A program made the position numbers and the translations under genes. A model generated the notes under the pieces. The model ran no database searches. It was given only the letters and a program-made list of their open reading frames with translations, and had not been told where the DNA came from. From Candidatus Woesearchaeota archaeon (lineage in GTDB: Archaea; Nanobdellota; Nanobdellia; Pacearchaeales; GW2011-AR1), in contig CAYXTB010000001.1 of assembly GCA_964468255.1 (NCBI GenBank), forward strand, positions 1 to 58,714: a DNA stretch of 58,714 nucleotides, read 5' to 3'. Below, piece by piece: positions 26,692 to 35,187 of the stretch; position 1 is the stretch's first letter, and each line of letters begins with the position of its first letter.

Positions 26692-27219
26692 ATGACAGAA
26701 AAAATAGAAAAACAAAAGAAAGAAAAGAGGAAGTTGGAGAAGGCTGAAAAGCAGGAAAAACATAAGCCTAATTTAGAAGAAGAAAGAAGCGAGATGTTAG
26801 TTAGAATTCATGGCTATGACATCCCTGGCTCAAAAAATGTTTATGCTGGGTTGACAAGAATAAAAGGAATTTCGTGGGCGGTATCAAATGCAGTTTGTTT
26901 GAAGCTTGACCTGGCAAAGAGCAAAAAAGTTTCTGAGCTGACAAAAGCTGACATTGCCAAAATAGAAAAATTCCTTGAGAATCCTGAAATGCCTGATTTC
27001 ATGAAGAATAGAAGACTTGACAATGAAACAGGAAAAACAGAGCATTACTTAAGCTCTGATTTAGATATTAAAAAGGAATTTGACATTAAGAGACTGAAAG
27101 AAATTCGCTCCTATAGAGGATTAAGACATGCTTTGAAATTGCCATCAAGGGGCCAGAGAACAAGGTCTCATTTTAGAAATAGAGGAATAACTTTGGGAGT
27201 TAAAAAGAAGAAAGCATGA
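26692..27219 (+). CDS. rps13: 30S ribosomal protein S13 (uS13) with Lys/Glu-rich N-terminal extension (alternative start 26794)
   Basis: The core is [24 protein letters not shown]...RGLRH...RGQRTR. The ATG at 26692 follows the DUF655 stop. The track ORF starts at a TTG at 26680. Confidence 0.88.
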   Translation: MTEKIEKQKKEKRKLEKAEKQEKHKPNLEEERSEMLVRIHGYDIPGSKNVYAGLTRIKGISWAVSNAVCLKLDLAKSKKVSELTKADIAKIEKFLENPEMPDFMKNRRLDNETGKTEHYLSSDLDIKKEFDIKRLKEIRSYRGLRHALKLPSRGQRTRSHFRNRGITLGVKKKKA

Positions 27220-27731
27220 TAAGAAAAAAGAAACTTTATGTCAAGCCAAGAAAGTCCTATGAAAAAGCCAGGATTCTAGAAGAGAATAAACTTTTGCAGA
27301 AATATGCTCTTAAAAATAAGAGAGAAATCTGGAAAACTCTGGCTAAAGTCAATTATTTCAGGCACAGGGCGATGGATCTTGTTAAAAAATCCAGGGAAGA
27401 ACAGGAAGTGTTTTTCAAAAAACTTAACAATCTTGGATTAAAAGTAAAAAGTGTTGCAGATATTTTAGCTTTAAAAGTTGAAAATATATTAGAAAGACGC
27501 CTTCCGTCCATTATTTTCAGAAAAGGCTATTCAAAAACTGCGAAAGAGGCAAGACAGCTTGTTTCCCATAGAAAAATCCTGGTAAATGGCAGAATTGTTG
27601 ATGTTCCTAGCTACATTGTTTCAGTTGCAGAAGAAAATAATATTTTTCTAAAACAAAGGAAAAAAGAACAAACAAAAATGCCGGAAAAAGAAAATAAAGA
27701 TGAATTGAGCATTCAAAATAGAGAAGCATGA
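27216..27731 (+). CDS. rps4: 30S ribosomal protein S4 (uS4)
   Basis: 171 aa. It has an S4 RNA-binding domain ([27 protein letters not shown]). There is an ATGA overlap with rps13. Confidence 0.9.
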   Translation: MIRKKKLYVKPRKSYEKARILEENKLLQKYALKNKREIWKTLAKVNYFRHRAMDLVKKSREEQEVFFKKLNNLGLKVKSVADILALKVENILERRLPSIIFRKGYSKTAKEARQLVSHRKILVNGRIVDVPSYIVSVAEENNIFLKQRKKEQTKMPEKENKDELSIQNREA

Positions 27732-28219
27732 AAATGGAAGAAAAACAACTTAAAGCAGAAAATGAGGCAAAGGAAGAAATACCTGAGAAACTGAAAGAGA
27801 AAGAATTGAAATATCCTGAAATTTTGGAAGAAAAAGAAAATAAAGATGAAAAAACAGGAATTGCATACATATTCACTTCTTCGAATAATACTATAGTTCA
27901 TATAACTGACTTATCAGGAAATACAATTTCCAGAGTTAGCGGAGGAATGGTTACAAAACATTCTAGATTGAAGGCTGACCCTACAGTTGCCATGTTCGTG
28001 GCAAGGAAAGCAGCTGAGAGGGCAAAAGATGTAGGAATTAGTGCTCTTTATATAAGAATGAGAGCCAAGACAGGAAGCATTGGACTTGGTCCTGGAGTTC
28101 ATTCTGCCATAAGAAGCCTAGGCAAACTAGGATTCCGCATTATAAATATTCTTGATACTACAAGAGTGCCAAGAGGTGGGCCGAAGAAGAAAGGCGGCAA
28201 GAGAGGTAGAAGAGTTTGA
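27728..28219 (+). CDS. rps11: 30S ribosomal protein S11 (uS11) with a ~45-aa Lys/Glu-rich N-terminal extension
   Basis: The core is [22 protein letters not shown]...[10 protein letters not shown]. There is no internal Met before the core, so the extension appears to be genuine. Confidence 0.9.
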   Translation: MKMEEKQLKAENEAKEEIPEKLKEKELKYPEILEEKENKDEKTGIAYIFTSSNNTIVHITDLSGNTISRVSGGMVTKHSRLKADPTVAMFVARKAAERAKDVGISALYIRMRAKTGSIGLGPGVHSAIRSLGKLGFRIINILDTTRVPRGGPKKKGGKRGRRV

Positions 28220-28397
28220 TTTTCTTGCAAGGCGATTGGTATATTATTTAAAGTTTTTCTTTAAAAAAGTTTTATAAATCTTGCTTTTTATTATTTGGCT
28301 ATTTTCCATAAGCTTTCAAATAAGCTCTAAAAACCTTTAAAAACCATCTTCTCCCTGGAAGGAAAGGATTTAAAAGTCATCTTTTACAAATAATAAA

Positions 28398-29096
28398 ATG
28401 GAAGTCATTGAAAAAACACCTGAGAAATTAGTTTTAAAAATGGATGCAAATGAATCTTTGGCGAATGCAATCAGAAGGTCTGTAAGCGAGATTCCTGTTC
28501 TAGCAATAGATGAAGTTGAGATTTTTAAGAATGATTCTGCATTATATGATGAAGTTCTGGCTCATAGGCTTGGCCTTTTAGTGTTAAAAACTGAAAAGTC
28601 AATGTCTTCAAAAACGAAAATCGACCTTAAATTGTCAAAAACAGGGCCGTGCACGGTTTATGCGGAAGATTTTCAAGGTTCTGCTGATGTAGTTTATGGA
28701 AAAACGCCTATAACAATTCTTGGAGAGAATCACAAACTAGAATTGGTTGCGACAGCTGCTCTTGGAAAAGGAATTGAACACGCAAAATATATCCCTGGAT
28801 TATGCTATTACCGGCATCTTCTTGAGGTAAAATCATCTGCTGATATAGACAAAATAATCCAGAAGTCAAAACCTCTAGTTTTCAAAGCTGAAAAAACAGG
28901 AAATAAATGGCTTTGCGACTTAAATGATGCTGAAGTAAAAGAAATAGAAAAAATTGATAGTGGGGCTATTAAAGATTCCCAGGAGATTTTGTTTGTCATT
29001 GATTCTTATGGGACCATGCCTACAAAAGATATTTTTACAAAAGCAATTGGAGCTTTGGAAGATAATTTAGATGAGTTTGAGAAAGCTGTTAAATAA
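28398..29096 (+). CDS. rpoD: DNA-directed RNA polymerase subunit D (Rpb3 homologue)
   Basis: 232 aa with the LANAIRRSVSEIPVLAIDEVEIFKNDSAL block typical of RpoD/Rpb3. It follows rps13-rps4-rps11 as in archaea. No Fe-S cysteine cluster is evident. Confidence 0.85.
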   Translation: MEVIEKTPEKLVLKMDANESLANAIRRSVSEIPVLAIDEVEIFKNDSALYDEVLAHRLGLLVLKTEKSMSSKTKIDLKLSKTGPCTVYAEDFQGSADVVYGKTPITILGENHKLELVATAALGKGIEHAKYIPGLCYYRHLLEVKSSADIDKIIQKSKPLVFKAEKTGNKWLCDLNDAEVKEIEKIDSGAIKDSQEILFVIDSYGTMPTKDIFTKAIGALEDNLDEFEKAVK

Positions 29097-29209
29097 ATTA
29101 TCTGTTATAATGATCAGGATGATTAGATTGATTTACTTATTAAATGGACAGAATTATTCTTGCAAATATAACAAAAACTTTAAATCCCCTTGATTATTTA
29201 TCCTTTCAC

Positions 29210-29293
29210 GCGGGGATGCCGGAGCGGTCAAACGGGCGACGTTAAGGCCGTCGTAGCTTAGTGCTTGCGAAGGTTCGAATCCTTCTCCCCGCA
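29210..29293 (+). tRNA. class II tRNA (long variable arm), tRNA-Leu; anticodon reads AAG by canonical numbering
   Basis: Acceptor GCGGGGA/TCCCCGC, T arm GAAGG-TTCGAAT-CCTTC, anticodon stem CGACG/CGTCG with loop TTAAGGC, a 17-nt variable arm, and discriminator A. No encoded CCA. Confidence 0.8.
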
Positions 29294-29326
29294 TAGATTT
29301 AAATATGTTAAAAAAGGCATAAAATA

Positions 29327-29656
29327 ATGACAGACATTGCAGCTCTTGTTGCAGAGGCAGACGGAAAAAAGCTGGCTGGGCTTTTAAATGCCGTAGAATC
29401 AGAAGGCACTGAAAATTTATTTCACGGCGCATTTAATAATGAAAGCTGGGAATATATTGTTACCGACATGCTAAATGCAAGTACTGACAGAACTTCTTTT
29501 GTTCCATTGAGAGAAATAGACCCTTATTATGATTCAGAAGGAATGATTAAAGTAGGTTATCTTAGAAGAACTGAAAAAGGTTATGAATTAACAGAAGCAG
29601 GTTTGCAAAAAATAAGCCGATATTTGTCTTTAAAAATGAACGAGCTGGTTTTATAA
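29327..29656 (+). CDS. hypothetical protein (C-terminal winged-helix-like GYLRRTEKGYELTEAG)
   Basis: 109-aa ORF. It shares the pattern [FW]VP[LI].EI.P...GYL...GY with the next ORF. Confidence 0.5.
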   Translation: MTDIAALVAEADGKKLAGLLNAVESEGTENLFHGAFNNESWEYIVTDMLNASTDRTSFVPLREIDPYYDSEGMIKVGYLRRTEKGYELTEAGLQKISRYLSLKMNELVL

Positions 29657-29707
29657 AAGCTAAATCAGCATAGTTTTAAATAGATAATAACTTTAACAAA
29701 GAAGACG

Positions 29708-30091
29708 ATGATAAAGCGAGAGATGGTTGAGGCCGTTATTAGGGCCGCGCTGCTTCAGCATTTTACCAATTCTAATGCATCTCAAAGATCTGCTTGTAAT
29801 AATATATGTCCTTATGATTTCTTGCCTGCAGACAGGGGCGGCGATCCGTATGGAGGATTATTATGCAACCCGCACTTGGAAGGAATTGCTCTTCTTTTTA
29901 TAGCTAAAAGCCAGGACGAAGGGCACTGGGTTCCTATAGCAGAAATTAAGCCTGATGAACACGCAAAAGAACTTACTGCCCAAGGCTATTTAAATCAAGT
30001 GCCTGGCGGCTACGTGCCTGCACCTGAAGTCTTGTTGCGTATTTGGAATTGTGAAAGGGCTTTTTATTTCGAAAAGCCGCACCGAGTCTGA
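29708..30091 (+). CDS. hypothetical protein, paralogue of 29327-29656
   Basis: 127-aa ORF, visibly GC-richer than its surroundings. It contains HWVPIAEIKPDEH...LTAQGYLNQVPGGYVPAPE. Confidence 0.5.
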   Translation: MIKREMVEAVIRAALLQHFTNSNASQRSACNNICPYDFLPADRGGDPYGGLLCNPHLEGIALLFIAKSQDEGHWVPIAEIKPDEHAKELTAQGYLNQVPGGYVPAPEVLLRIWNCERAFYFEKPHRV

Positions 30092-30222
30092 TATAACGAG
30101 AAACTTAAATTTTTTCTCATAGCTATTTAACTTTCTCGAATATAGCAAACTAATCTTTGAGGAAATATTCACATCGCTTGCTATAGATAGCTTTAAAACA
30201 AATTATTTCTCTTTTATAATGA

Positions 30223-30297
30223 GCTCCCGTAGCTCAGCCCGGATAGAGCATTTGGGTCCTAACCAAAGGGTCGCAGGTTCAAATCCTGCCGGGAGCG
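30223..30297 (+). tRNA. tRNA-Arg (anticodon CCU)
   Basis: Cloverleaf: acceptor GCTCCCG/CGGGAGC, D arm GCTC-AGCCCGGATA-GAGC, anticodon stem TTTGG/CCAAA with loop GTCCTAA, T arm GCAGG-TTCAAAT-CCTGC, and discriminator G. Confidence 0.8.
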
Positions 30298-30312
30298 TTT
30301 TATAGAAATGTT

Positions 30313-30340
30313 TATATAGTCCTATTAATAGGACTATATA
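30313..30340. promoter_or_regulatory. perfect 28-bp palindrome upstream of the wHTH-MNT gene (candidate operator)
   Basis: TATATAGTCCTATT|AATAGGACTATATA spans 30313-30340. A third half-site-like copy, ATATAGGAC, lies at 30348-30356, 7 nt before the ATG at 30363. Confidence 0.45.
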
Positions 30341-30362
30341 GGTCTAAATATAGGACATTAAC

Positions 30363-30995
30363 ATGTATATCTTCAATGAAGAACATAAGATAGGCAAGGC
30401 TTTTCTAGAAAAGCCTTGGAAAAAGCTTACTTATTTGGAAGTGCGAAAGCTCTCGGGAAAAAAGTCTAAGAGTTATATTTATCGCGCACTAAACCATCTA
30501 ATGCATAACGAAATTATTATGACTGAACAAGTTGGCAGGTCTCTTTTATACTATCCGACACTGAATTTTTTACAGACGCAGTCTTACTTAGGGTCATTAA
30601 ATGAGCATCTTTCTTGGCAGGCAACCCATATACACAGCAATATCTTAGAAAGACTTGCTGATAAAATTATCAAAATTACGCCCTTTTTTATCTTGATTGT
30701 TGCTGGTAGCTATGCCAATAGAACACAGACAAAAAAATCAGACCTTGATGTCGTTATTATTTGCGACGACAAAATTAACCCGAAAACTATAATGGCTGAA
30801 ATTAAATTGGAGAGTGTTATGAGCATTCCACAAGTGCATCCTTTTGTTTTTACAAAAAAAGAATTTTTAGAGATGCTTACAAATAAAGGAATTAATTATG
30901 GAAAGGAAGTTGTAAATAATAATATGATTTTTTTCGGCGGAGAAAATTACTATAACATAATTAACGAGGCTATACAACATGGATTTAGAGGTTAG
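30363..30995 (+). CDS. winged-helix domain fused to a minimal nucleotidyltransferase (MNT)
   Basis: 210 aa with the NTase motif VAGSYANRTQTKKSDLDVVIICDD. It has the same architecture as 6283-6867. Confidence 0.78.
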   Translation: MYIFNEEHKIGKAFLEKPWKKLTYLEVRKLSGKKSKSYIYRALNHLMHNEIIMTEQVGRSLLYYPTLNFLQTQSYLGSLNEHLSWQATHIHSNILERLADKIIKITPFFILIVAGSYANRTQTKKSDLDVVIICDDKINPKTIMAEIKLESVMSIPQVHPFVFTKKEFLEMLTNKGINYGKEVVNNNMIFFGGENYYNIINEAIQHGFRG

Positions 30996-31455
30996 TCTAT
31001 TATTTGAAAGAGCAGAGAATGAGCTTCTTGCGGCTGAAGTACTTAAAAAGCTGAGTGAAGAAGCTGAAGCAAAGCAAGTCTTGGAAGTGCCTGCTGCAAC
31101 TACTTTTTATAGTTCTGTAATAAACCATGCTTATTACGCAATATTCTATAGCGCTAAGGCTTATCTAACTTTTAAAGGGTTTAAACTTCCAGAGCAAGGC
31201 CAACATCAGGCTGTTTATTATGAATTTAAGCGATTTGTGCAAAAAGGAGATCTTAAAAAAGAGTTGCTTGACTTATACGATGAAGTAAAGACTAAAGCTG
31301 AAACTTTGCTCTCGATTATACAAGAGGAAAGAGGCAAACGCGAAGAATATACATATAAAACTCTTCCTCAAGCAAACAAGGAGCCTGCGGAAAATTCCCT
31401 AAAGAATGCTCGCCTTTTTGTTTCACATATGAGGAGATTCAGCGAGAAAATATAA
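30979..31455 (+). CDS. HEPN-domain protein (partner of the MNT)
   Basis: 158 aa and helical, with an HAYYAIFYSAKAYL block typical of HEPN (PF05168-like). It overlaps the MNT gene by 17 nt. Confidence 0.68.
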   Translation: MDLEVSLLFERAENELLAAEVLKKLSEEAEAKQVLEVPAATTFYSSVINHAYYAIFYSAKAYLTFKGFKLPEQGQHQAVYYEFKRFVQKGDLKKELLDLYDEVKTKAETLLSIIQEERGKREEYTYKTLPQANKEPAENSLKNARLFVSHMRRFSEKI

Positions 31456-31508
31456 AGCTGAGACGATTATAGCAATATTTAAAACCACATATTAAATACT
31501 AAATATAA

Positions 31509-31611
31509 GCGCGATTAGTTAAATGGCAGAATAGCTGGTTTCCAAAATATAATGACTAATAGGCTATATTGAAACAACCAGCGGACACGGGTTCGATTCC
31601 CGTATCGCGCA
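31509..31611 (+). tRNA. intron-containing tRNA, most likely tRNA-Gly (UCC); Trp (CCA) is a less likely alternative
   Basis: Acceptor GCGCGAT/ATCGCGC, D arm GTTA-AATGGCA-GAAT with A14, G18G19 and A21, and T arm ACGGG-TTCGATT-CCCGT. The anticodon stem GCTGG/CCAGC encloses 39 nt, that is a 7-nt loop TTTCCAA plus a ~32-nt intron at about 37/38. Discriminator A. Confidence 0.75.
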
Positions 31612-31643
31612 TTTAAATCAAAAAAACGATGACAGGCACTCGT

Positions 31644-31778
31644 TTCTTCAAAAACTTTCAGTTTTTGAGGCCTCAAGAACTTCGTTCTTGAAGTTTGGAT
31701 GCAGCAAATTTGAAAAATTTGCTGAACAGAAAATGCAAGGCATTTTCTTGTGCTCAAGGAAATCAAATTCCTTGACAT
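31644..31778. repeat. hairpin-rich repeat element, copy B (five consecutive hairpins)
   Basis: The 33-mer 31644-31676 is identical to 6976-7008. The hairpins are TCAAAAACT/AGTTTTTGA, TCAAGAAC/GTTCTTGA, CAGCAAATTT/AAATTTGCTG, AGAAAATGC/GCATTTTCT and the terminal GTGCTCAAGGAA-ATCAAA-TTCCTTGACAT (31750-31778). Confidence 0.6.
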
Positions 31779-31833
31779 AAATAAATTTGATAAAGAGTAA
31801 ATTTAAAAGCACTTTAAATATATCTTATTTATA

Positions 31834-32742
31834 ATGGAAAATCAACAACCGCATCAGCAATTAGTACATCCTAAAAGCTGGTATGACAGAAACTATAAAT
31901 TGATTCTTATTATTCCTATTTTACTTTTATTTTTGTCCTTGGCTTATCTTTTTGTTTTTTACGCAAAAAATGGAGATATTCTGCATAAAGATGTTTCTTT
32001 AACTGGAGGAACAACTGTAACTGTCTTTGATTCTAATGTTGACATAGATGATTTAAAGAACTCGCTAAATGAGAATTTTCCTGACTTAATTGTAAGGCAA
32101 ATATCTGATATAAGGACAGGAACACTGCATGGCTTCTTTGTTGAAACTAACACGGAGGCTGAAAGTATAAAAAAAGCGCTTGAAGAGTATTTAGGATACC
32201 AATTAACAAATGATAATTCCAATGTTGAATTCTCCGGCTCTTCTTTGTCGTCTGGATTCTATCAGCAGTTAAGGCTCTCTATTATAATAGCGTTTGTGCT
32301 GATGGCAATAGTTGTCTTTTTTATTTTTAGGACATTTGTTCCAAGCTTAGCTGTTATCTTAGCTGGTTTTGCAGATATTGTTATGACTCTTGCTTTGGTT
32401 GATATGCTGGGAATTAGGATTTCGGCAGCTGGGATTATTGCATTTCTAATGCTTATAGGATATTCTGTTGATACTGACATCCTTCTAACAACCAGAGTAT
32501 TAAAAAATCGTGAAGGAAGTGTTAATGAAAGAATATTTGGTGCATTCAAGACTGGTATAACAATGACAATAGCGGCAATTGCGACTGTGGGAGTTTCTTT
32601 GGCAATTATTTATAATTTCTCTGACACCTTGAGGCAGATATTTGGAATCATGCTAATAGGTCTTTGCTTTGATATTATCAATACATGGGTTGCAAATGCA
32701 TCTATATTAAAATGGTATACGGAGGCAAAGAAAATATCATGA
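31834..32742 (+). CDS. secF: protein-export membrane protein SecF
   Basis: 302 aa with an N-terminal TM helix, a periplasmic-type domain and a C-terminal multi-TM bundle. An ATGA overlap links it to the following secD-like gene. Confidence 0.8.
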   Translation: MENQQPHQQLVHPKSWYDRNYKLILIIPILLLFLSLAYLFVFYAKNGDILHKDVSLTGGTTVTVFDSNVDIDDLKNSLNENFPDLIVRQISDIRTGTLHGFFVETNTEAESIKKALEEYLGYQLTNDNSNVEFSGSSLSSGFYQQLRLSIIIAFVLMAIVVFFIFRTFVPSLAVILAGFADIVMTLALVDMLGIRISAAGIIAFLMLIGYSVDTDILLTTRVLKNREGSVNERIFGAFKTGITMTIAAIATVGVSLAIIYNFSDTLRQIFGIMLIGLCFDIINTWVANASILKWYTEAKKIS

Positions 32743-34241
32743 AAATAGGATGGAGAATATGGATTCTTATTATTGCAATTTTATTATCTGTCTTGGCGAT
32801 AAAGCCTAGCTTTGAGTCAGGAATTTTGGTAAAATCAGTAGACGCCGATTCGGAAATTTTTCAAGATGGATTGAGAAGCGGAGAGATTATAAAATCTATA
32901 AATGGGCAGACAATTGAAAGCAAAGAAGATTATGCCAAATCCATAAGCAATATTTTCAAAGATAATGAGACGAAAAGGGTTGATATAAAGACAAAAGATA
33001 GTGAATATACTTTATTTACAAATCAAACTCCTGAGATAACCATAGATGATATTCCTAGAACAAGAATTAAGACCGGCTTGGATTTAAAAGGCGGGGCGAG
33101 AGCATTGGTGCAGCCTGATGTTTCTATTAATGATGCTCAATTGGATGATTTAATTGCAATAAGCAGAAACAAGTTTAATGTTTATGGATTAAGCGATGTG
33201 CAAATTAAAGGAGTCAGTGATTTGTCAGGAAATAAATTCATGCTAGTAGAAGTTGCCGGGGCAACTCCTGATGATTTGCAAGAGTTAGTGGCACAGCAGG
33301 GAAAGTTTGAAGCTAAGATTGGAAATAAGACTGTTTTTGAGGGCGGGAAAAGAGATGTGAGTAGTGTATGCAGAAATGATGCGACTTGTTCTGGAGTATA
33401 TCAATGCTCAGCTGTTGAAGGAGGATATAGCTGCACTTTTAGGTTTACAGTTTATTTAATAGAAGAAGCTGCGCAAAGGCATGCAGATATAACTAAAAAC
33501 ATCCAGGTAGATGAGAGCGGGCAGTATTTGTCAGAAAAGCTCTATCTTTATGTTGATGACAAAGAAGTTGATTCTTTACTCATAAGCCTTGATTTGAAAG
33601 GGCAAGTAACCACTCAAATTTCTATCCAGGGGCCTGGAACAGGAAAAACTCAGGAAGAAGCCCTGCAAAACGCAAGAGAGAGCATGAATAAATTGCAGAC
33701 TGTATTGATTACAGGAAGCCTGCCTTACAAGCTGAATATTGTTAAACTTGATACTATATCACCTAGTTTAGGAAATGAATTTATAAAATTAATATTGATA
33801 GCTGGAGCAGCTTCTTTAATAGTTGTTAGTATCCTTATATTCGTAAGATACAGGAAATTTAAGGCATCCTTGGCTCTGCTCTTAACTTCATTTTCAGAAC
33901 TTATAATTATACTTGGATTTGCTGCACTTATCAAATGGAATCTTGACTTGCCTTCAATTGCAGGCATTTTAGCTACTATTGGAACTGGAGTTGACAGCCA
34001 GATTGTCATTCTAGATGAAGCTAAAAGAGGAAAGCATATAGGAATTAAAGAAAGAATCAAAAGAGGGCTTTTCATCATTGCGTCTTCTTATGCAACTTCT
34101 CTTGCCTCCTTAATTCCTTTATATTGGGCAGGAGCAGGCTTGTTCAAAGGCTTTGCAATTACAACTATTGTTGGAATAACTGCCGGCATATTAATTTCAA
34201 GACCTGCATTCGCAGAAATGATAAGAAAAATGGAAGAGTAA
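32739..34241 (+). CDS. secD: protein-export membrane protein SecD
   Basis: Trimmed to MKIGWRIWILIIAILL (ATG 32739). It has a large extracytoplasmic domain (GLDLKGGARALV) and a C-terminal 5-6 TM bundle. Confidence 0.8.
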   Translation: MKIGWRIWILIIAILLSVLAIKPSFESGILVKSVDADSEIFQDGLRSGEIIKSINGQTIESKEDYAKSISNIFKDNETKRVDIKTKDSEYTLFTNQTPEITIDDIPRTRIKTGLDLKGGARALVQPDVSINDAQLDDLIAISRNKFNVYGLSDVQIKGVSDLSGNKFMLVEVAGATPDDLQELVAQQGKFEAKIGNKTVFEGGKRDVSSVCRNDATCSGVYQCSAVEGGYSCTFRFTVYLIEEAAQRHADITKNIQVDESGQYLSEKLYLYVDDKEVDSLLISLDLKGQVTTQISIQGPGTGKTQEEALQNARESMNKLQTVLITGSLPYKLNIVKLDTISPSLGNEFIKLILIAGAASLIVVSILIFVRYRKFKASLALLLTSFSELIIILGFAALIKWNLDLPSIAGILATIGTGVDSQIVILDEAKRGKHIGIKERIKRGLFIIASSYATSLASLIPLYWAGAGLFKGFAITTIVGITAGILISRPAFAEMIRKMEE

Positions 34242-34425
34242 ACTCTTCTTTAATAATCTCAAATAGTTATATTCGTCACTAAAAATGCAATAATTATCTC
34301 TAATCCCTCAATATTCTATATATTAGATTGATTTATTATTAATAAAATAGACAATTATATTTGATTTCCATAACGTTTTAAAACTCACCTTAATAGATAT
34401 AATAATAAAAGGTACAAAAATAAAA

Positions 34426-34863
34426 ATGCTGCCAAGATGGCATGTTTTGCTTGGAATATTATTTGCCCTACTAATCTTAATTATAAATCCTAACATCAAT
34501 AAGTTTTATATCATCCTTGTTTTTTTGGCTTCTGTATTTATTGACTTTGACCATTATCTTGTGGCAGTAAATAAAACAGGGAAAGCAGGGCTATTTCCTG
34601 CTTTTGACTATTATAAAAGAACCTCTGTTATACAGAAAAAAGAAAGGTCAAGAGGAATAAGAAGAAGAGGAGACTTCCATGTTTTTCATACACTAGAATT
34701 CCATTTGCTAGTCTTATTGCTTGGCTTTTTATGGATCGGCTTCCTTTTCATTTTTATAGGAATGCTTTTTCATTCATTATGCGACATCGTCTATTTGATT
34801 AAAAAGGATTATCTTTACAGAAGAGAGTTTTTCTTGGTTAATTGGATTAGAAAAAAGATTTGA
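34426..34863 (+). CDS. membrane protein, possibly a DUF457-type membrane-bound metal-dependent hydrolase
   Basis: 145 aa and hydrophobic, with His-rich positions (DFDHY, HVFHTLEFH). The functional call is weak. Confidence 0.45.
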   Translation: MLPRWHVLLGILFALLILIINPNINKFYIILVFLASVFIDFDHYLVAVNKTGKAGLFPAFDYYKRTSVIQKKERSRGIRRRGDFHVFHTLEFHLLVLLLGFLWIGFLFIFIGMLFHSLCDIVYLIKKDYLYRREFFLVNWIRKKI

Positions 34864-34870
34864 TATTATG

Positions 34871-35146
34871 CTAAAGAAAACTCACAAATCCCTTCGCGAG
34901 AAGGAAAAAAGCTGGAATCCAGAGCAAAATTGATGGAAGCATAAAAAAAATGGAGAGCAGAAGGACTATGGAAGAAAAAAAGTCGATAACACTTAAAATA
35001 TTCCCCTTAAAGACAAAAAGGCCTTTGAAGAAAAGCAAAACAGCGCAGAAAATTAAATAAGGGGAAAAGACAGAGATACCGAAAATAAGCATTAAAAAAG
35101 CCAGGGCTGAAACTAAATCTATACCTCCTAATATCTTGACTAGCAT
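34871..35146 (-). CDS. small membrane protein (about 3 TM helices)
   Basis: Trimmed to the internal Met (MLVKILGG...) so that it does not overlap the start of the divergent gene at 35188. Confidence 0.35.
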   Translation of the reverse strand: MLVKILGGIDLVSALAFLMLIFGISVFSPYLIFCAVLLFFKGLFVFKGNILSVIDFFSSIVLLLSIFFMLPSILLWIPAFFLLAKGFVSFL

Positions 35147-35187
35147 GAAAAACTGGCAAAAAGAGAGTTTATATAGTTTTATTTTTT

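Noticed and set aside
29154-29432. 92-aa minus-strand ORF
   Set aside because: It runs straight through the tRNA-Leu gene (29210-29293), so it is spurious.
31509-31611. Assigning the intron-containing tRNA to Trp (CCA)
   Set aside because: Shifting the anticodon stem by one pair to give CCA leaves two unpaired nucleotides between the D and anticodon stems and breaks D-stem pairing. Gly (UCC) fits canonical geometry better. Trp is kept only as an alternative.
31515-31778. 87-aa minus-strand ORF
   Set aside because: It overlaps the intron-containing tRNA and the hairpin repeat array. It is explained by those features, not by coding.
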